From the NCBI GenBank assembly GCA_977017645.1, contig OZ360227.1, positions 154,442,001 through 154,506,000 on the forward strand: DNA of 64,000 nucleotides, read 5' to 3'. The position numbers and the translations under genes were made by a program. This document shows positions 61,400 to 64,000 of this stretch, one piece after another (position 1 is the stretch's first letter; each line of letters begins with the position of its first letter). The DNA comes from Torpedo marmorata. Its lineage: Eukaryota. Below the pieces are notes generated by a model, which ran no database searches, was not told the DNA's origin, and worked only from the letters and a program-made list of their open reading frames with translations.

Positions 61400-63500
61400 C
61401 CATGCAGTTCCAGCAATGCGTTGTAAATAGCCCTGCGAAAGCTGTCATTCTGTTTGCAATAATCGCTCTTCGGCATCATTATGCACTGGTTAATACTAGA
61501 CTTAAACCGAAGCCCTTATCTAGTTCTCACTAACTCCAACAATAGCACTTCTTTTTGATTTGCTAGTCATCTGCTGTCGGATAGGATGCGACAAATTTAT
61601 TTCCAAAAGTCCAACAGCACTGCTCAAAAATCGTGGCTTTTCCTAAATCGGCCTCCTTTCCGAGTTGTATTTCTCTTTGCCGTGTGTGGTGGAATATCAG
61701 CTTTTCCCACCCCTCCGCGCTGTTGTGGTGGCCCTTCGAGGATCGCATCGAGGAGCTCCGCGATTTGATCTTTGAACGGGCCACCTGTAGGTGCACAGAA
61801 TTGTGAAACCCTGGCTAACCTCCCGATTGCCCGATGTCCGTTCCATGCATCGGAGAAATACTCGCAATCGCTCGTCACCAGTTCGTGGGGCAATTGACCA
61901 GATATCAGGAAGAAGCTACCATTTCGTTCCATCAGACCGGGTTCAGATTCATCATCTACTCATTTCACGTGTCGATTGGAAATGTATGAGGCCCCTTCTC
62001 CACCCCAACCCACCACCACCCCGTCATTAAGCACAGGGATCCCTGCAGGAGCCGTGCGGGGCTTTGCACCATGTCCAATTTCAACCCCTGGTAATGGGAT
62101 TTTAAAGAGAAGATGCCCAGCTCAGTGGCAGATCACCTTAATGTGAAGTTTATCTGTATTAGCCAATCAGATTTTGCAGGAAGGCAGTTCTTATAACTAC
62201 CAGAGCTAACGCTTTGCACTTATCCCGTGTCCTACGTTCTCACACGGTCAAGTTGCCCGACATTGACACACAGACATTTATCTCACCAAGTACCACAGAT
62301 AAAGTTCACAATGACACTTTATTTTAAGGCATAGGATTTTTTTTCATAAAACGCCCCATGAAATATTATTTTTGTTGTTCTTCTGGTGGTTGGCGTCGAG
62401 GTTAACAACCTCAAAGGGTTAATTCACTTGTAAGTCTCTCTGCAGAGAGCGAACATCTCTCCCTGGGTGAAGAATTATCTTTTGCACCTAGCCTGGCACT
62501 CAGCGCTCTATTCTGCAACCAGCTCGCGACTTCCACCAGTTCTCCCAGCCCCTCCTGAGATGTTGGTTGAAGAAAATCGGCTTAAACTCGCAGCCGCTGG
62601 AAACGGCGCAGAAAGAAGGGAGAGGATGAAAGAGAGAGCCCACCTCTCAGACCCTTCCAAAAATCGACGCGCAGCTGCATTCACTTAACTACTGCCCTCC
62701 CCAATTACTTAAAACCTGAGCCAGCGTGTGCAGTGTTTCACTCCATGCAGGTAGCCCGATGGTTTTTTTTAAAAAAGGAGTAATTTACATCTGCCCTGCC
62801 TCTCGTTTTAAACATGACATTCTTGTTAATTTTTCCAAGACCAGCCCGGCTAATTAATTGTTGCTAATTGGCCCAATTGGTTCGCCCAACTTGTATGGCT
62901 GGCTGCCTCTTCATTTTGGTGAAGTTTAATTTGGAACGAAAATACTGCCCTTTTAAGATTCACTGATAAAGGTGGCGACTGAACTATAGCTGTCAACGTC
63001 ACTGAGTAAATGGCTGTAAAATACCTTGAACTTCGTGACCACAGCTTGGCTGGGAATAGCGGAATGTCGTATCAACGCGAGTTGTGTTAGATCATAGAAG
63101 TCGAATTATTACTTTTACTTTTGAATCTAGTTTTTTCCTGATCTGGTGAAAATATACTGAAACTAAAATAGAGGTCGTTAGAATATTTCTTTCATGCCTG
63201 GGATATCCAGAATCTCACGTTATTCTTTTTGAACTGAGGTACTGTGTTATTAACAACAATACAAACCAAAATGTTATACAGCCGGCATTTTCAGGGCATA
63301 CACCTGACCTCAGACGCGGCAGAGTCGGGAATAGAATTTGATCCTCTTTAGACAGTTCTGCTCAAGTGTTAACGCGAGTGGCCACGAATAGTACAGGCAT
63401 GCCATCCTGAAACATTATCTATCCGTCATGCAGGCCAAGGCTACACGGACAGGGGAGTCTGTTAGCCATGTAAGGCCGTAACCAGGGGAAGCCCAGTTAG
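61400..63500. promoter_or_regulatory. CpG-retaining unique region (candidate regulatory or CpG-island-like)
   Basis: Roughly 30 or more CpGs by eye in 61400-62100, against strong depletion in other unique DNA; no recognisable TE. Confidence 0.45.
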
Positions 63501-64000
63501 CTTTGACAAACACCTAAGCTATTTTTCACGACACCAAACCCTCCCCTTCTTTCTCTTCCCCTCTCTCCTTCCCTCTCACTTTTCTTTTCATCTTGTTCTT
63601 GATGCCGAATGCAANNNNNNNNNNNNNNNNNNNNNNNNNNNNNNNNNNNNNNNNNNNNNNNNNNNNNNNNNNNNNNNNNNNNNNNNNNNNNNNNNNNNNN
63701 NNNNNNNNNNNNNNNNNNNNNNNNNNNNNNNNNNNNNNNNNNNNNNNNNNNGAGTGAAAGTGAAATCATACCTAAGGCATTTAAAAGACCGCAGTGTCAG
63801 AGTTCAGCTAACGGTACCTCTGCTGTGCATATTTTCCCGTTAGGCAGAACTCTCAGAGACAACAAAATAAATAACTCTTCTCACAATAACATGCATATGC
63901 ACACTTTTAAATGACAAAGTTTTCTTTTACAAAACGAAAAACAGCGTTAGTCTGCTACAGCGTATTATACGTATTATTTTGCTTTGAAACCCCTGCTTAG

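Noticed and set aside
61563-62688. Short ORFs in the CpG-rich zone as coding exons
   Set aside because: No recognisable domains or consistent splice sites; expected by chance at this GC content

Overview
Eukaryotic, vertebrate non-coding DNA. The repeat content (HE1/V-SINE-type SINEs paired with CR1/HER1-type LINEs, Deu-domain SINEs, Rex/Babar LINEs, many Penelope remnants) points to a cartilaginous fish, probably a shark or ray; this is an inference. I recognise no host protein-coding exon, and every credible ORF is transposon-derived. Main contents: (1) a full-length but inactivated 4.5 kb Ty3/Gypsy LTR element (4111-8655, minus) with CsRN1-clade hallmarks: tRNA-Trp PBS, CHCC gag motif and a -1 frameshift signal; (2) 5'-truncated Rex/Babar and CR1 LINEs, two with long unbroken RT frames; (3) Penelope-like elements with GIY-YIG remnants and about 10 hammerhead-ribozyme-like terminal motifs; (4) Tigger/pogo-, hAT- and Harbinger-type MITEs, some carrying cargo; (5) several SINE families, including a short tRNA-Thr(TGT)-headed one; (6) multi-layer nested insertions. 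Unique sequence contains two minus-strand exon-like signals, candidate enhancers, a degenerate ~34 bp array and a CpG-rich zone at 61.4-63.5 kb, consistent with an intron or flank of a large gene. Six N runs hide about 1.06 kb. All calls are by eye, with no database searches.
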